Assembly (NCBI GenBank): GCA_964252075.1
Contig: CAXULY010000003.1
Span: 32,001 to 96,000, forward strand
DNA length: 64,000 nucleotides
Direction: 5' to 3'
Source: an uncultured Deinococcaceae bacterium
GTDB lineage: Bacteria > Deinococcota > Deinococci > Deinococcales > Deinococcaceae
Shown here: positions 19,542 to 28,288 of the stretch, in pieces
How positions within the stretch are numbered: the stretch's first letter is position 1
How the letters are laid out: each line of letters opens with the position of its first letter
Translations under genes and position numbers: made by a program
Notes under the pieces: generated by a model
Told to the model about the DNA's origin: nothing
What the model saw: the letters and a program-made list of their open reading frames with translations, nothing else
Databases searched by the model: none

Positions 19542-20732
19542 TCAGTTCGCGGCGGTGCCCTGAACGAGGACGGCGCCCTTGTCGTCCACCACGCGCGCGC
19601 CCAGGGTGTGGCCCACCTTGACCGCGAAGCTGTGGTTCGTGAAGCTGCCCTGGTCCTGGTACTCGCGCGTCGAGGGCAGCTCGGTGTAGGTCAGGGGCCC
19701 GCCCTGGAAGCCTTCCAGGAAGGCCACTTCGAGCCACTGCACCATGCTGTCGTAGGCGACGTAATCGCTGCCGAACACGCGGCTCCACAGGCGCTCCAGG
19801 TGCGGGGTGAACGCGCCGCGCAGCACGTTGGGGTTGTTGCCGCGGTTGTTGCTCGCGCCGGGCTCCGTCTCGGCGGTGTTGATGACGCTGAAGGCGTCGC
19901 GGTTCGCGGTGCCGAAGATCAGGTCCGTGATGTCGAACCCGTACTCCAGGTCGTTGCCGTCGTCGTCCTTGAAGGTGCGGGCGGCGAACTTCGCGCGGAC
20001 CTTCTTCACGAGGTCGATGGTGGGCACGCCCGCGCCGTCCCCGGCGGCGGTGATCTTGCCGGCGGTGAGGCCGTCGAGGATCGCCTTGAACACCACGATG
20101 GCTTCCGTGCGGCCCGCGCCCCGGCCGAGGCTCTCCATGCCGCGCTGCCAGGCGCCCACCTCGTCGTTCTTGCTCATCTCCCACGTGTAGCGCAGGCCGC
20201 GCTCGAAGTTCGCCACGCGGTAGCCGCCCTCGGCCTCCGTGAAGGTGGTGAACTCCACGTCATCGGTCTCACCGCGCTGCTTCAGTTCGCCCGTCTCGCT
20301 GAGGCGCAGCGTGCGGATGGTCTTGAAGTCCGGCACGGTGATGACGCTGGCGAAGCTGCGCCAGTTGCTGATCGGGCCCGCGTAGGCGGGCAGCAGCGTG
20401 CGCTGGCGCAGGTTGGCGAGCGCGAGGGGGAAGTCAGAGGTGGTGTGCGTGTCGCTGAAGCGCTGGGCGGCCATCAGCGGCCCGATGCTGTCCACGAACT
20501 CATCGGCCAGCTGCTCGACCTGCCGCTCGGCGTCCGCGTCGCTCAGGCCGGCGCGCGCCTTGCGGGCGTCGGACAGGGCGTCCGTGACGTTTTGCGGGCC
20601 GTGGTAGCCGCGGTAGAAGGCCTGCACGCCCGCCTCGGCGATCAGGGCGTCGGTGGCGGCCATGGCGGTCCCCTTGGGGATCTCGCCGTTGGCTTCCGCC
20701 AGTTGCATCTTCAGGTACAGGGTCTTGGACAT
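19542..20732 (-). CDS. Major capsid protein
   Basis: 396 aa; TTSDFPLAL, VPDFK and TWEMSKNDE motifs resembling Mu gpT-like capsids; strong RBS. Confidence 0.85.
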   Translation of the reverse strand: MSKTLYLKMQLAEANGEIPKGTAMAATDALIAEAGVQAFYRGYHGPQNVTDALSDARKARAGLSDADAERQVEQLADEFVDSIGPLMAAQRFSDTHTTSDFPLALANLRQRTLLPAYAGPISNWRSFASVITVPDFKTIRTLRLSETGELKQRGETDDVEFTTFTEAEGGYRVANFERGLRYTWEMSKNDEVGAWQRGMESLGRGAGRTEAIVVFKAILDGLTAGKITAAGDGAGVPTIDLVKKVRAKFAARTFKDDDGNDLEYGFDITDLIFGTANRDAFSVINTAETEPGASNNRGNNPNVLRGAFTPHLERLWSRVFGSDYVAYDSMVQWLEVAFLEGFQGGPLTYTELPSTREYQDQGSFTNHSFAVKVGHTLGARVVDDKGAVLVQGTAAN

Positions 20733-20812
20733 GGCGCCCTCCTTGTGGGCGGGAACTGCGACGCCCGGCCATCAGGCCGGGCGCATGGGGTGCGGTGAGG
20801 GGTGGGGCGGGC

Positions 20813-21199
20813 TCAGGCGTTCGTGAGGCCCACAGGGCCTTTGACGCCGTCCGCGATCGCGGCGAGGGCGTACCCGATGAAGGTGCCGCCTGCAGCGGTT
20901 TTGCTGTAGGTGCCGTCCGCGGTGACCTTGTAGATCTTGTCGCCGAGCGCGACGCCGCCCGCGACGGTGAGGTTCACGCTGACGCTCACGCCGATCAGCT
21001 CGACGCTCGCCTGCCCGTCCAGCAGGCCGGGCGCGGCCGCGCCACTCGCGATGGTGGCGGTGGTGGCGCGGTCGGTGTGGGCGTAGCCCTTGAGGCCGGA
21101 CGCGCCGATCAGCACGACGTCGCCGGAGGCGGTGCCCGCGGCGACGGCCGCAGCGATGATCAGCTGGGCGTTGCGGGTGCGGTTGAGGTTCTTGGCCAT
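20813..21199 (-). CDS. Capsid cement/decoration protein (DUF2190-like)
   Basis: Small Ala/Gly-rich protein with SGDVVLIG and GDKIY, next to the capsid gene. Confidence 0.7.
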   Translation of the reverse strand: MAKNLNRTRNAQLIIAAAVAAGTASGDVVLIGASGLKGYAHTDRATTATIASGAAAPGLLDGQASVELIGVSVSVNLTVAGGVALGDKIYKVTADGTYSKTAAGGTFIGYALAAIADGVKGPVGLTNA

Positions 21200-21247
21200 G
21201 GTCCCCTCCTGTGGGGTGTTGGGTGGGCGGGTGGACGCGGGGCGGGG

Positions 21248-22339
21248 TTAGGACAGGCCGAAGCTGCGGCGCGCGTCCGACAGGGTGCTGCGCTTCTTGG
21301 GCGCCGCAGCGTCCTTCTTGCTGCCGCCTTCGCCCAGGCCGGGGTGGTTCTCCTCGGCGCCCTCGGTGGTGGTGTCGTCACCCGGGCGGGCGTGGCGGAA
21401 CATCGCCTGGCGGTCCGCGATCATGCTCTGCACCTCGGTGCTCGCCGCCTCGTCACTGTCCGCGGCGAGCGCGGCGCGCTCCACCCGCGCCGCGAAGTTC
21501 GCGTCGAGGTCCACGTCGCCGCTCTTGCCGAGCTTCGGGAGCTTCGCGGCGGCGAGCGCGTCACGCACCATGCCCTTGCGGGCGTCATCCTGCAGGCGCC
21601 GCTCCAGCTTCAGGCGCTCGGCGCGTTCGGTGGCCAGCGCATCCTCCAGCGCCTGGCTGGCGCCAGCGGCGGGCTTCTCGCGCGCGCCGTCTTCGATCTG
21701 CTTGACCAGCTCGGGGTGCTTCTTCTTCAGTTCATTCAGGTCCATGGGGGCCTCCAGTTCATCGGCGGCGTTCAGCGCGCCGGCAGTGTCGGCTGGGGCC
21801 ATCACCGCGTCGATGGTCACCAGCCGCGCGTCTTCGTTCACGACTTCCAGGATGTCTTCGGGGTCCGGCCAGGCCGGGTCCACTTCTTTGGCGGGCAGGT
21901 ACTGCGCGCTGCCGGTCACGTTCGTGCTCATGCCGACGCGCACGCCGGCGTCCACCACGGCCTGCAGGTCGCGGCCCTTGGCGGTCTGCACGATCACGCC
22001 CTCGAACCGCATCAGCTGGCCTTCCATCCACAGGCGGTCGTAGCGGATCCCGACGTTCTCAATGAGGCCTTTCGGGCCTTCCCACCAGAGGTCGGGGTGC
22101 TGCACCAGGCCGTACAGCGCGCCGCCCGTCACGGCGTCCTGCGCGGCCGCCACCATGGCGGTCAGCACGGCGGTGCTGAAGTACCGGCGGTTGAGGTTCG
22201 TCTTGTCGCCTTCCTTGGCCACGCCGCTGATGCGGCGGGGGCCGGCGGCGTCCGTCATGGGCGCGAGGGTGAAACTCACCACGGCGTCCGTGAGCAGGTT
22301 GGGGGGCTTCGGGGTGGGGCTGCGGTTGCGGTCTTTCAT
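21248..22339 (-). CDS. Prohead protease / scaffold fusion
   Basis: NLNRRYF, QHPD and GMST motifs followed by a coiled-coil C-terminus; lies between portal and capsid. Confidence 0.8.
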   Translation of the reverse strand: MKDRNRSPTPKPPNLLTDAVVSFTLAPMTDAAGPRRISGVAKEGDKTNLNRRYFSTAVLTAMVAAAQDAVTGGALYGLVQHPDLWWEGPKGLIENVGIRYDRLWMEGQLMRFEGVIVQTAKGRDLQAVVDAGVRVGMSTNVTGSAQYLPAKEVDPAWPDPEDILEVVNEDARLVTIDAVMAPADTAGALNAADELEAPMDLNELKKKHPELVKQIEDGAREKPAAGASQALEDALATERAERLKLERRLQDDARKGMVRDALAAAKLPKLGKSGDVDLDANFAARVERAALAADSDEAASTEVQSMIADRQAMFRHARPGDDTTTEGAEENHPGLGEGGSKKDAAAPKKRSTLSDARRSFGLS

Positions 22340-22366
22340 GGGTCACTCCTTCCGGGCGGGCGCGCG

Positions 22367-23671
22367 TCAGCGCTCAGGTGTGTCTTTGGGGGCGGGGTCC
22401 TGCCCCTCGGCTTCGGCGCTCGCAATCTTTTCCTGCTCGGCGGCCCAGTCGTACCCGAGTTCCGCGCTGAGCGTCTCCTGGCTGGCGAGGCGCTGCTCGG
22501 CGGCCACCTTCACCTTCTCGACGAGGGTCAGCAGGTCCTCGTTGCGCAGGCTGGGGAAGTTGATGGGGAACTCCACGAGGTCCGCGCTGACCGTGCGGCC
22601 GCCGCGCCCCGCCTTCGTCTTGAAGGTTTTGCCGGGGTGGCGGCGCCGCAGTTCGGTGCGCAGCATGTCCTGCAGCCAGTACCACACGCGCGTCTGGCGG
22701 CGCTCGAAGCCGCGCCGGGCGGGCTCGCCCATGCTGTCGGCGGTGGTGCGGGTGACGCCGCCGCCCTCGGCGAGGTAGTGCTCGGGCAGGCCGAGCGCCA
22801 CGGCGAGGAGCTGCTTGATGACTTTGCCGTCGCTGGCGGAGTCCGCGGCTTTGGTGTCCGGCGTGGTGATCTCGAAGCGCTCGCTTTTGCCGTCGGCGTT
22901 CTGCGCGAGGGTGAGCACGGCGCCGTTGCGCGGGACGTTCGCGAAGCGGGCGCTTTTCGCCGCCAGTTCCTTGTCGTCCTTCGCGAAGGCGTAGTACACG
23001 GCGTTGATGCGCGCGGCCAGCTCGTGCACCTTCAGGCGGGCGTTCGCGAAGTTCACGTAGGCGAGGGCCGGGCCGAGCGCGCGCGCGATGGGTGGCCAGC
23101 CGCGCACCTCGTTCATGATCGCGTCGTTCGTGCTCCACACGAACTCACCGTCGCGCAGCGTGCGGCCGCCGCCGATGCCGATGCTTTCCACCTGGTCGGG
23201 CAGGCCGGGCGCGCTGGTGATGTCGAGCGCCTGGTCGATGATGGTGTACAGCCCGATGCGCGCGGCCTGGTCGGTGCGCTTGAACTTCTTGGGGTTCGGC
23301 CAGATGGTGAGGCACTCGCCGAGCAGCAGGTACTCCGTGAACCACCGCTCGATCAGCAGGTCGAGCTTGTTCAGCGCCCAGAAGTCCTCCATGACGGCCT
23401 GCACGGCCTTGTCGGGGTGCTGACCGTAGCTGAGGCGCGCGCCCACCACGAAGCTCTTGATGACCTCAATGGCGCCGTACAGCAGCGGGTTCAGGTACCA
23501 CGCGACGACCGCGGCCTTCTGGGTGTTCGTGCGGGACAGCGCGCCGAGCATGCCGGCCTGCTGCGGGAGCGACACGGGGCCGCTCAGGCCGCCGGTGAGC
23601 TGCCAGCCGCCCTGCACGGTGTCCTGCACGTCGCTGTGGGTGAGGGGCTTGCCGTACTGGTCGAGAATCAT
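22367..23671 (-). CDS. Portal protein
   Basis: 434 aa after TerL; LGLPEHYL motif. Confidence 0.85.
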   Translation of the reverse strand: MILDQYGKPLTHSDVQDTVQGGWQLTGGLSGPVSLPQQAGMLGALSRTNTQKAAVVAWYLNPLLYGAIEVIKSFVVGARLSYGQHPDKAVQAVMEDFWALNKLDLLIERWFTEYLLLGECLTIWPNPKKFKRTDQAARIGLYTIIDQALDITSAPGLPDQVESIGIGGGRTLRDGEFVWSTNDAIMNEVRGWPPIARALGPALAYVNFANARLKVHELAARINAVYYAFAKDDKELAAKSARFANVPRNGAVLTLAQNADGKSERFEITTPDTKAADSASDGKVIKQLLAVALGLPEHYLAEGGGVTRTTADSMGEPARRGFERRQTRVWYWLQDMLRTELRRRHPGKTFKTKAGRGGRTVSADLVEFPINFPSLRNEDLLTLVEKVKVAAEQRLASQETLSAELGYDWAAEQEKIASAEAEGQDPAPKDTPER

Positions 23672-25086
23672 TCGTCACCTCCTCCCCAGCTGCTGTCGCT
23701 CTCGTACCCGTGCACGCCCGAGGGCGGCAGGCTCTGGCGTTCGCCCAGCCCGTCCACGTAGGCGACGGCGTAGCGCATGGGGTCCATGCCGTGGTCGTTC
23801 TTCTTGACGGGCACCTCCTTGAGGCTGCCGTCGGTCTTCTTGTCCCACTCGTACCCTTCGATCTCCCCCGCGGTGCTGGTGGGGATGTTGCGGGTGTTCT
23901 CCTCGCCGCTCAGCAGCGGGTCCAGTTCGACGAGGCAGTTCTGCAGGATGAAGATGCGCGGCCGCCCGTCTTCCTGCGCGCGGAAGCGGCTCTGCGTCTG
24001 CTGGACGCCGGTGCTGATGTCCTTGTGGGCGGGGAGCGTCTCGCAGCCCAGGTGGCGCTCCAGCGTGGCGCGGTCCTCCGCGTCGTGGTCGCACACCGTC
24101 GCCTCGATCTCCTCGCCCGTCTCGGCTTCCAGCTGGCGGATGCGCCGGGCGTGGTCCTCGACGAGGGTGCGGGTGCGGTACAGCTCGCGGTACAGGTACA
24201 TGCGGCCGTCTCCGTCGATCGCCCACCACTGACACACGAACGGGTTGGTGAAGCCGAAGTCCACCACGCGGATCCGGCGCCAGTGCTTCGGCACGTGCCG
24301 CCACGGCTGGATCTCTTCCTGCTCGTCCTTCGGTTCGTACCAGCCGAGGTCCCGGACGTTCACGTGGTGCTTGCTGGGGTCCCAGTCGTCGTACACCATG
24401 CCCTCGCTGGCCGCCCAGATGCCCTTGCGCAGGCGCAGGTAGCGCACACCGGTGAGCTTGTCGAGCTTCCCCATGTACGCCGCGCCGAACGGCGTGATCT
24501 CGCCGGTCTTCGGGTGGTACAGGCGCGGGTTGTCCTCGTGGCGGGACTGCAGCATGGTGGTGAGGCCCTGGTCCATGCGGCGCTTCAGCCAATGGCTGGG
24601 CGGGCCGGGGTTGCAGTCACCCAGCAGCTGCTGGTACGGGATGACGCCGTTGCGCAGGCGGGTGCTGCAGAACTCCCAGTCGGTGACGCTGACCTCGGTC
24701 GCCTCCAGCACGTAAATCACGTCGAACTCCGCGGACATGATCTTGATGGGGTTGTCGAGGCCCGCGACGATCACCTCGCTGCCGTTCGGGTACACGTAGG
24801 ACTGCCGCACGCGCCGCTGCTGGTTCGTGGTGTCGCACGGCGGCCGCACGTGCTGCTCGAACGTCACGAGCGCCGTCTCGGTGAGGCTGCTGCGCGTCTT
24901 GCGCACGATCGCGAGGCGCGCGCCCGGGTACTTCACCGCCAGGGCGTTCACCTTCTCCAGCCCCGCGCGGCTCTTGCCGGTGCCGGCCGGGCCGGAGAGC
25001 ATCGCCTCGTCCCCCTTGTACCGGAACAGGTCGAGGGCCGCGCCGCGCGGCTGGTACACCACCGCGCCGGCCGGGATGGCCGTCAC
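23668..25086 (-). CDS. terL: Terminase large subunit
   Basis: Walker A GPAGTGKS, Walker B VIYVLEA, nuclease motifs DFGFTNP and DHGMDPMRY. Confidence 0.95.
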   Translation of the reverse strand: MTAIPAGAVVYQPRGAALDLFRYKGDEAMLSGPAGTGKSRAGLEKVNALAVKYPGARLAIVRKTRSSLTETALVTFEQHVRPPCDTTNQQRRVRQSYVYPNGSEVIVAGLDNPIKIMSAEFDVIYVLEATEVSVTDWEFCSTRLRNGVIPYQQLLGDCNPGPPSHWLKRRMDQGLTTMLQSRHEDNPRLYHPKTGEITPFGAAYMGKLDKLTGVRYLRLRKGIWAASEGMVYDDWDPSKHHVNVRDLGWYEPKDEQEEIQPWRHVPKHWRRIRVVDFGFTNPFVCQWWAIDGDGRMYLYRELYRTRTLVEDHARRIRQLEAETGEEIEATVCDHDAEDRATLERHLGCETLPAHKDISTGVQQTQSRFRAQEDGRPRIFILQNCLVELDPLLSGEENTRNIPTSTAGEIEGYEWDKKTDGSLKEVPVKKNDHGMDPMRYAVAYVDGLGERQSLPPSGVHGYESDSSWGGGDE

Positions 25087-25916
25087 AGGTCATCCTCGCC
25101 CACCCCCACGATGAACTTGATGGGGCTCCCGTCTGGATTCTCGACACTCACGCGCTCGGCGAACAGCTTGTGGTACCGCCCGAGCAGCTCCTCGGCGGCG
25201 GAGCGGTCGTGCCACTCCACCTCCAGGCCGAACTTCGTCTCCTTGATCTTCTTGATCATGTGGAGCTTCCCGGCGGCGCGGGCCTTCTCCAGGTCCACGC
25301 GGATGTCCAGCCGGGTCCGCCACTCCAGCTCCACCATGATGTGTGAAGGCGCCCGGCGCATCGGCATGCGCCCCCGCCCACGGCGGCCGCGCGGCGGCCC
25401 GTCGTCCTCATCGTCGCCGTCGAGGTCGTCTTCCAGCTGCAGGGCCTTCTCCGCCTTCTTCTCGATGCGCCTCAGACGCCGAATCTCACCGGACAGCTCC
25501 ACCCGCCGCTTCTCGGACCGCGCGCCGTCCAGCTGGTCCTGCACGTCCGCGATCTTGTCGCGCACCAGGTCGAGTGCCTCGGCAGGCTCCACCAGCACGC
25601 CGTCCAGGTACCGCACGCGCTTGAAGGTCAGGAAGTGCTCCGCGCTGAAGTCCGCGCGGTCCGTGAGCCGCGCCAGCAGTTCTTTCTTCCCGAGGACCTG
25701 CTGCTCCCATCCCGCTTCGAGGGCGGCGCGGATGTCAGCATTCGTCAACAGCCGGTGCCCCTGCTGGCGCGCACTGCGGGCGGAGTAGCCGGCGGCGCGC
25801 GCGGCCTTCGCGCGGTTCGGCTCTTCCAGCAGGGCGAGCACGAACTTCTGGTGTTTCAGGTCGAGCGCGGCGAGCAGCTCGTCGAAGGAGGCGCTCACCT
25901 CCGGTTCTGTGGTCAA
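25083..25916 (-). CDS. terS: Terminase small subunit
   Basis: HQKFV...AARAAGYSARSARQQGHRLL HTH motif; TTG start after GGAGGAGG. Confidence 0.88.
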   Translation of the reverse strand: MTTEPEVSASFDELLAALDLKHQKFVLALLEEPNRAKAARAAGYSARSARQQGHRLLTNADIRAALEAGWEQQVLGKKELLARLTDRADFSAEHFLTFKRVRYLDGVLVEPAEALDLVRDKIADVQDQLDGARSEKRRVELSGEIRRLRRIEKKAEKALQLEDDLDGDDEDDGPPRGRRGRGRMPMRRAPSHIMVELEWRTRLDIRVDLEKARAAGKLHMIKKIKETKFGLEVEWHDRSAAEELLGRYHKLFAERVSVENPDGSPIKFIVGVGEDDL

Positions 25917-25961
25917 GAGGGTCACCTCCTCCGGTGGGGCGGCGGCGGGCCGCGCGCACAC

Positions 25962-26240
25962 TCAGTTCTTCTGGGGATGTTCGGGGTCGGTGGTCCGCGC
26001 GCTGCGTGCGGGCACGCCGGGCGGCACGTCGGCCGCGTCGAGGATCCGCACGGTGGTGCGTCCCTCGTGGCCGTGCACGAACTCCAGGTCGGACAGGCAG
26101 TCGTACAGGGCGCTGCTGTACGGCCACACCAGCCAGCGCATGGCGATGCGGCCGTCCGTGAAGATCACGCCCTCCGCGACGGTGCCGGTGCCACTGCTGC
26201 CGGAAACGTCTTCGGTGCGGACCAGGTGGAAGCGCTGCAG
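25962..26240 (-). CDS. Phage hypothetical protein (RFHLVRTEDVSGSSGTGTVAEGV), possible CTG start
   Basis: Protein-like segment starts 1 nt after the upstream stop; start uncertain. Confidence 0.55.
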   Translation of the reverse strand: MQRFHLVRTEDVSGSSGTGTVAEGVIFTDGRIAMRWLVWPYSSALYDCLSDLEFVHGHEGRTTVRILDAADVPPGVPARSARTTDPEHPQKN

Positions 26241-26241
26241 G

Positions 26242-26427
26242 TCAGACCACCCGCCACTGCAGGTTGATCCGGCCGCCCTGCCGCACGGCGCGGTAGCGGC
26301 GGCGTTCGCTGGACAGGACGTTCGGGTCGTCCTGCTGCTTGTTGAGGTGCCGGGCGACGGCGCGCGCCTCGCGGACGTCCGCGAGGATGTACGCGCGCGC
26401 CTGGTTCCAGATGCGGACTCGGGCCAT
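26242..26427 (-). CDS. Small basic protein, first gene of the late operon
   Basis: GGAGGT RBS, 61 aa. Confidence 0.65.
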   Translation of the reverse strand: MARVRIWNQARAYILADVREARAVARHLNKQQDDPNVLSSERRRYRAVRQGGRINLQWRVV

Positions 26428-26590
26428 GTGGACCTCCGTGAAATAGGGTTCTGCTGTTGTTCCCCGTGGGGAATGCTCCCGACCGTGCGGCGTCTGGGGT
26501 TCGGCGAACGTCCCTCAGGGATGGGGCGTGCGGGCACGGCGCCCTCGGCCTTCTCGCTTACGCTCAGCGCCATCTGGATCCGGGAGCATC

Positions 26591-26612
26591 AAAAAACCGC
26601 CGTCAGTGGCGG
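26591..26612 (-). terminator. Terminator in the late-operon leader (tR'-like)
   Basis: CCGCC-ACTGAC-GGCGG-TTTTTT. Confidence 0.75.
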
Positions 26613-26726
26613 ACAACTTGCGCCGTTGCGGGCGCGTTTGTGCGCGGTGTGGGTCGCGCGGCCCAGCCAAATGAGCGGAGCGCGGCCTCCAGGGGGAGCC
26701 GCGCTCAACACTTCTTGACCATCTGC

Positions 26727-26755
26727 AGTTTAGGTGTCCTTCATGCAGAACTCAA
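26727..26755 (-). promoter_or_regulatory. Putative late promoter
   Basis: TTGAGT-N17-TAAACT pointing towards the terminase operon. Confidence 0.65.
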
Positions 26756-27507
26756 GTGGTTTCATGGAGTTCCGCCAGCGTCGCGCCCGGCAGGACCTGG
26801 CAGGCGTCGAGCAGCGCGAAGGCACACTCACGCAGGTCACCCGAGCGGCGCGGCGCCAGCTGCACGCTCTTGCTGTGCGGACTCCACGCGAACAAGGCGG
26901 CGAGGCGCGGGCTGGAGAGGTAGTTGCTCCATGTGAGGGCGCGGACGGGCTGGCGGACGCGGCCGCTCTCCGCGAGGGTCGCGAGGCGCTCACTGATCAC
27001 GCGCAGCTCCTCGGCGCGCTGGTCGGAGGCCCGCACGTCGGCGCGCAGGCGGCGCTCCACGTCCTCGCGCCGCTCGGCGGGCTGCCCGGGCTTCTGCCCT
27101 GCCTTGCGCGGGGGCTTCTCGCCCTCGGCGCGCAGGCGGGCCAGTTGCGAGCGCAGCGCCTCGGTGGCCTTCAGGGCCGTGTAGCCCCACGCCTCCAGCA
27201 GCTGCTCGTAGTCCTTGCGGTACAGCAGCACCTCGTGCGTCAGGATGCCCAGCTGCGGCAGGCCCGGCACCCGCACCCGCAGGCGCTCCGGGTGGGACGT
27301 GCTGGCCGTGACCTTCAGGTCCACCACGTAGGCGGACTCCGTGTGCGGGCGGGTCGGGATGCTCTCCCAGTCGCGAACACCGTGCGCGAGACCCCACAGG
27401 GCCTCCACGAGGGCGTTCGCCCGCCAGCGCGCGAGGGCGCGCGGGTCGGGGGACAGGGCGGGGCCGGGCAGCGGCGGGGTGGGCGGTTCGGGCAAAGCGA
27501 GGGTCAT
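26752..27507 (-). CDS. Hypothetical protein in the late regulator (Q-like) position
   Basis: Coupled to VRR-NUC; stop codon overlaps the late -35. Confidence 0.65.
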   Translation of the reverse strand: MTLALPEPPTPPLPGPALSPDPRALARWRANALVEALWGLAHGVRDWESIPTRPHTESAYVVDLKVTASTSHPERLRVRVPGLPQLGILTHEVLLYRKDYEQLLEAWGYTALKATEALRSQLARLRAEGEKPPRKAGQKPGQPAERREDVERRLRADVRASDQRAEELRVISERLATLAESGRVRQPVRALTWSNYLSSPRLAALFAWSPHSKSVQLAPRRSGDLRECAFALLDACQVLPGATLAELHETT

Positions 27508-27905
27508 GGGATCTCCAGGTGGCGCGCGAAGTACAGCGCCTCGTCGAGCGTCCACGCGCGGCCCACCGGGATTCCGGCGGCGCGCAGCTCGGCGTGGCGG
27601 GCGAGTTGTTCCGCCGTGGGGCCATTGCCGGGTTGCTTCAGTTCCAGCCAGGCGGTCAGGCCGGGCCGGAACACGTACAGGTCAGGGATGCCCTTGGTGG
27701 CGAAGACCGAGCCGCCGCGGGCGCTGCCCTTGAAGATCTCCCACACCGACCACCCGTCGGCGACCAGCTCGCGCTTCACCTGCGCCTGCAGCTCCGCCTC
27801 GCTGCTCGCGGGCGGCGCCGGCAACACAGCGGCCGCATCCTGCTGAAACAGGTGCGGGTGCTTGCGCCGGTAGTCCGCGAGTTGCTCGGGGGTCAATGTG
27901 GGCAT
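27504..27905 (-). CDS. VRR-NUC family nuclease / resolvase
   Basis: SEAELQ...GIPDL...WLELK...PTAEQ motifs. Confidence 0.85.
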   Translation of the reverse strand: MPTLTPEQLADYRRKHPHLFQQDAAAVLPAPPASSEAELQAQVKRELVADGWSVWEIFKGSARGGSVFATKGIPDLYVFRPGLTAWLELKQPGNGPTAEQLARHAELRAAGIPVGRAWTLDEALYFARHLEIP

Positions 27906-28000
27906 CCTATGAACCTTGTTTTACGACATTCTTACTGACAGCTCACTTACAAAATACACGCCCGGTCTACGGGAAAAGCAGAATGGATATATTCGCGCGC

Positions 28001-28288
28001 TCAGCGGGCGGCGCGACGCTGACGGCGGGTGGTGTGCTTCCCACGCGCAGGCTTCACGGAAGGCTGCGCTTCGACGACCAGGCGGATGGACTGAGCCAGC
28101 AGCTGGGGGGTGAAGGCGTCCGGCACCGGCCCGGAACTCGCGACATCAATGGCGTGTCCCAATGACAAACCCGTGGTGTCGGCAAGGTGCAGGGCATAAG
28201 CGCGCTCACGCGGCGAAAGCAGCCGGAGGCGCACCTGATCCACCTCCGCCTGGCTCGCGATGGCCGCCAGGTCCTGCAGCGACCTCAC
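28001..28288 (-). CDS. Hypothetical protein
   Basis: GTGA-coupled to the replication initiator. Confidence 0.55.
   Translation of the reverse strand: MRSLQDLAAIASQAEVDQVRLRLLSPRERAYALHLADTTGLSLGHAIDVASSGPVPDAFTPQLLAQSIRLVVEAQPSVKPARGKHTTRRQRRAAR

Noticed and set aside
20762..20785. Hairpin CGCCCGGCC/GGCCGGGCG before the capsid gene as a terminator
   Set aside because: No T tract; more likely an ordinary stabilising hairpin
2122..23761. Very long plus-strand ORFs (1202, 1400 and 988 aa, among others)
   Set aside because: Antisense shadows of high-GC minus-strand genes; Arg/Gly/Ala-rich with no motifs
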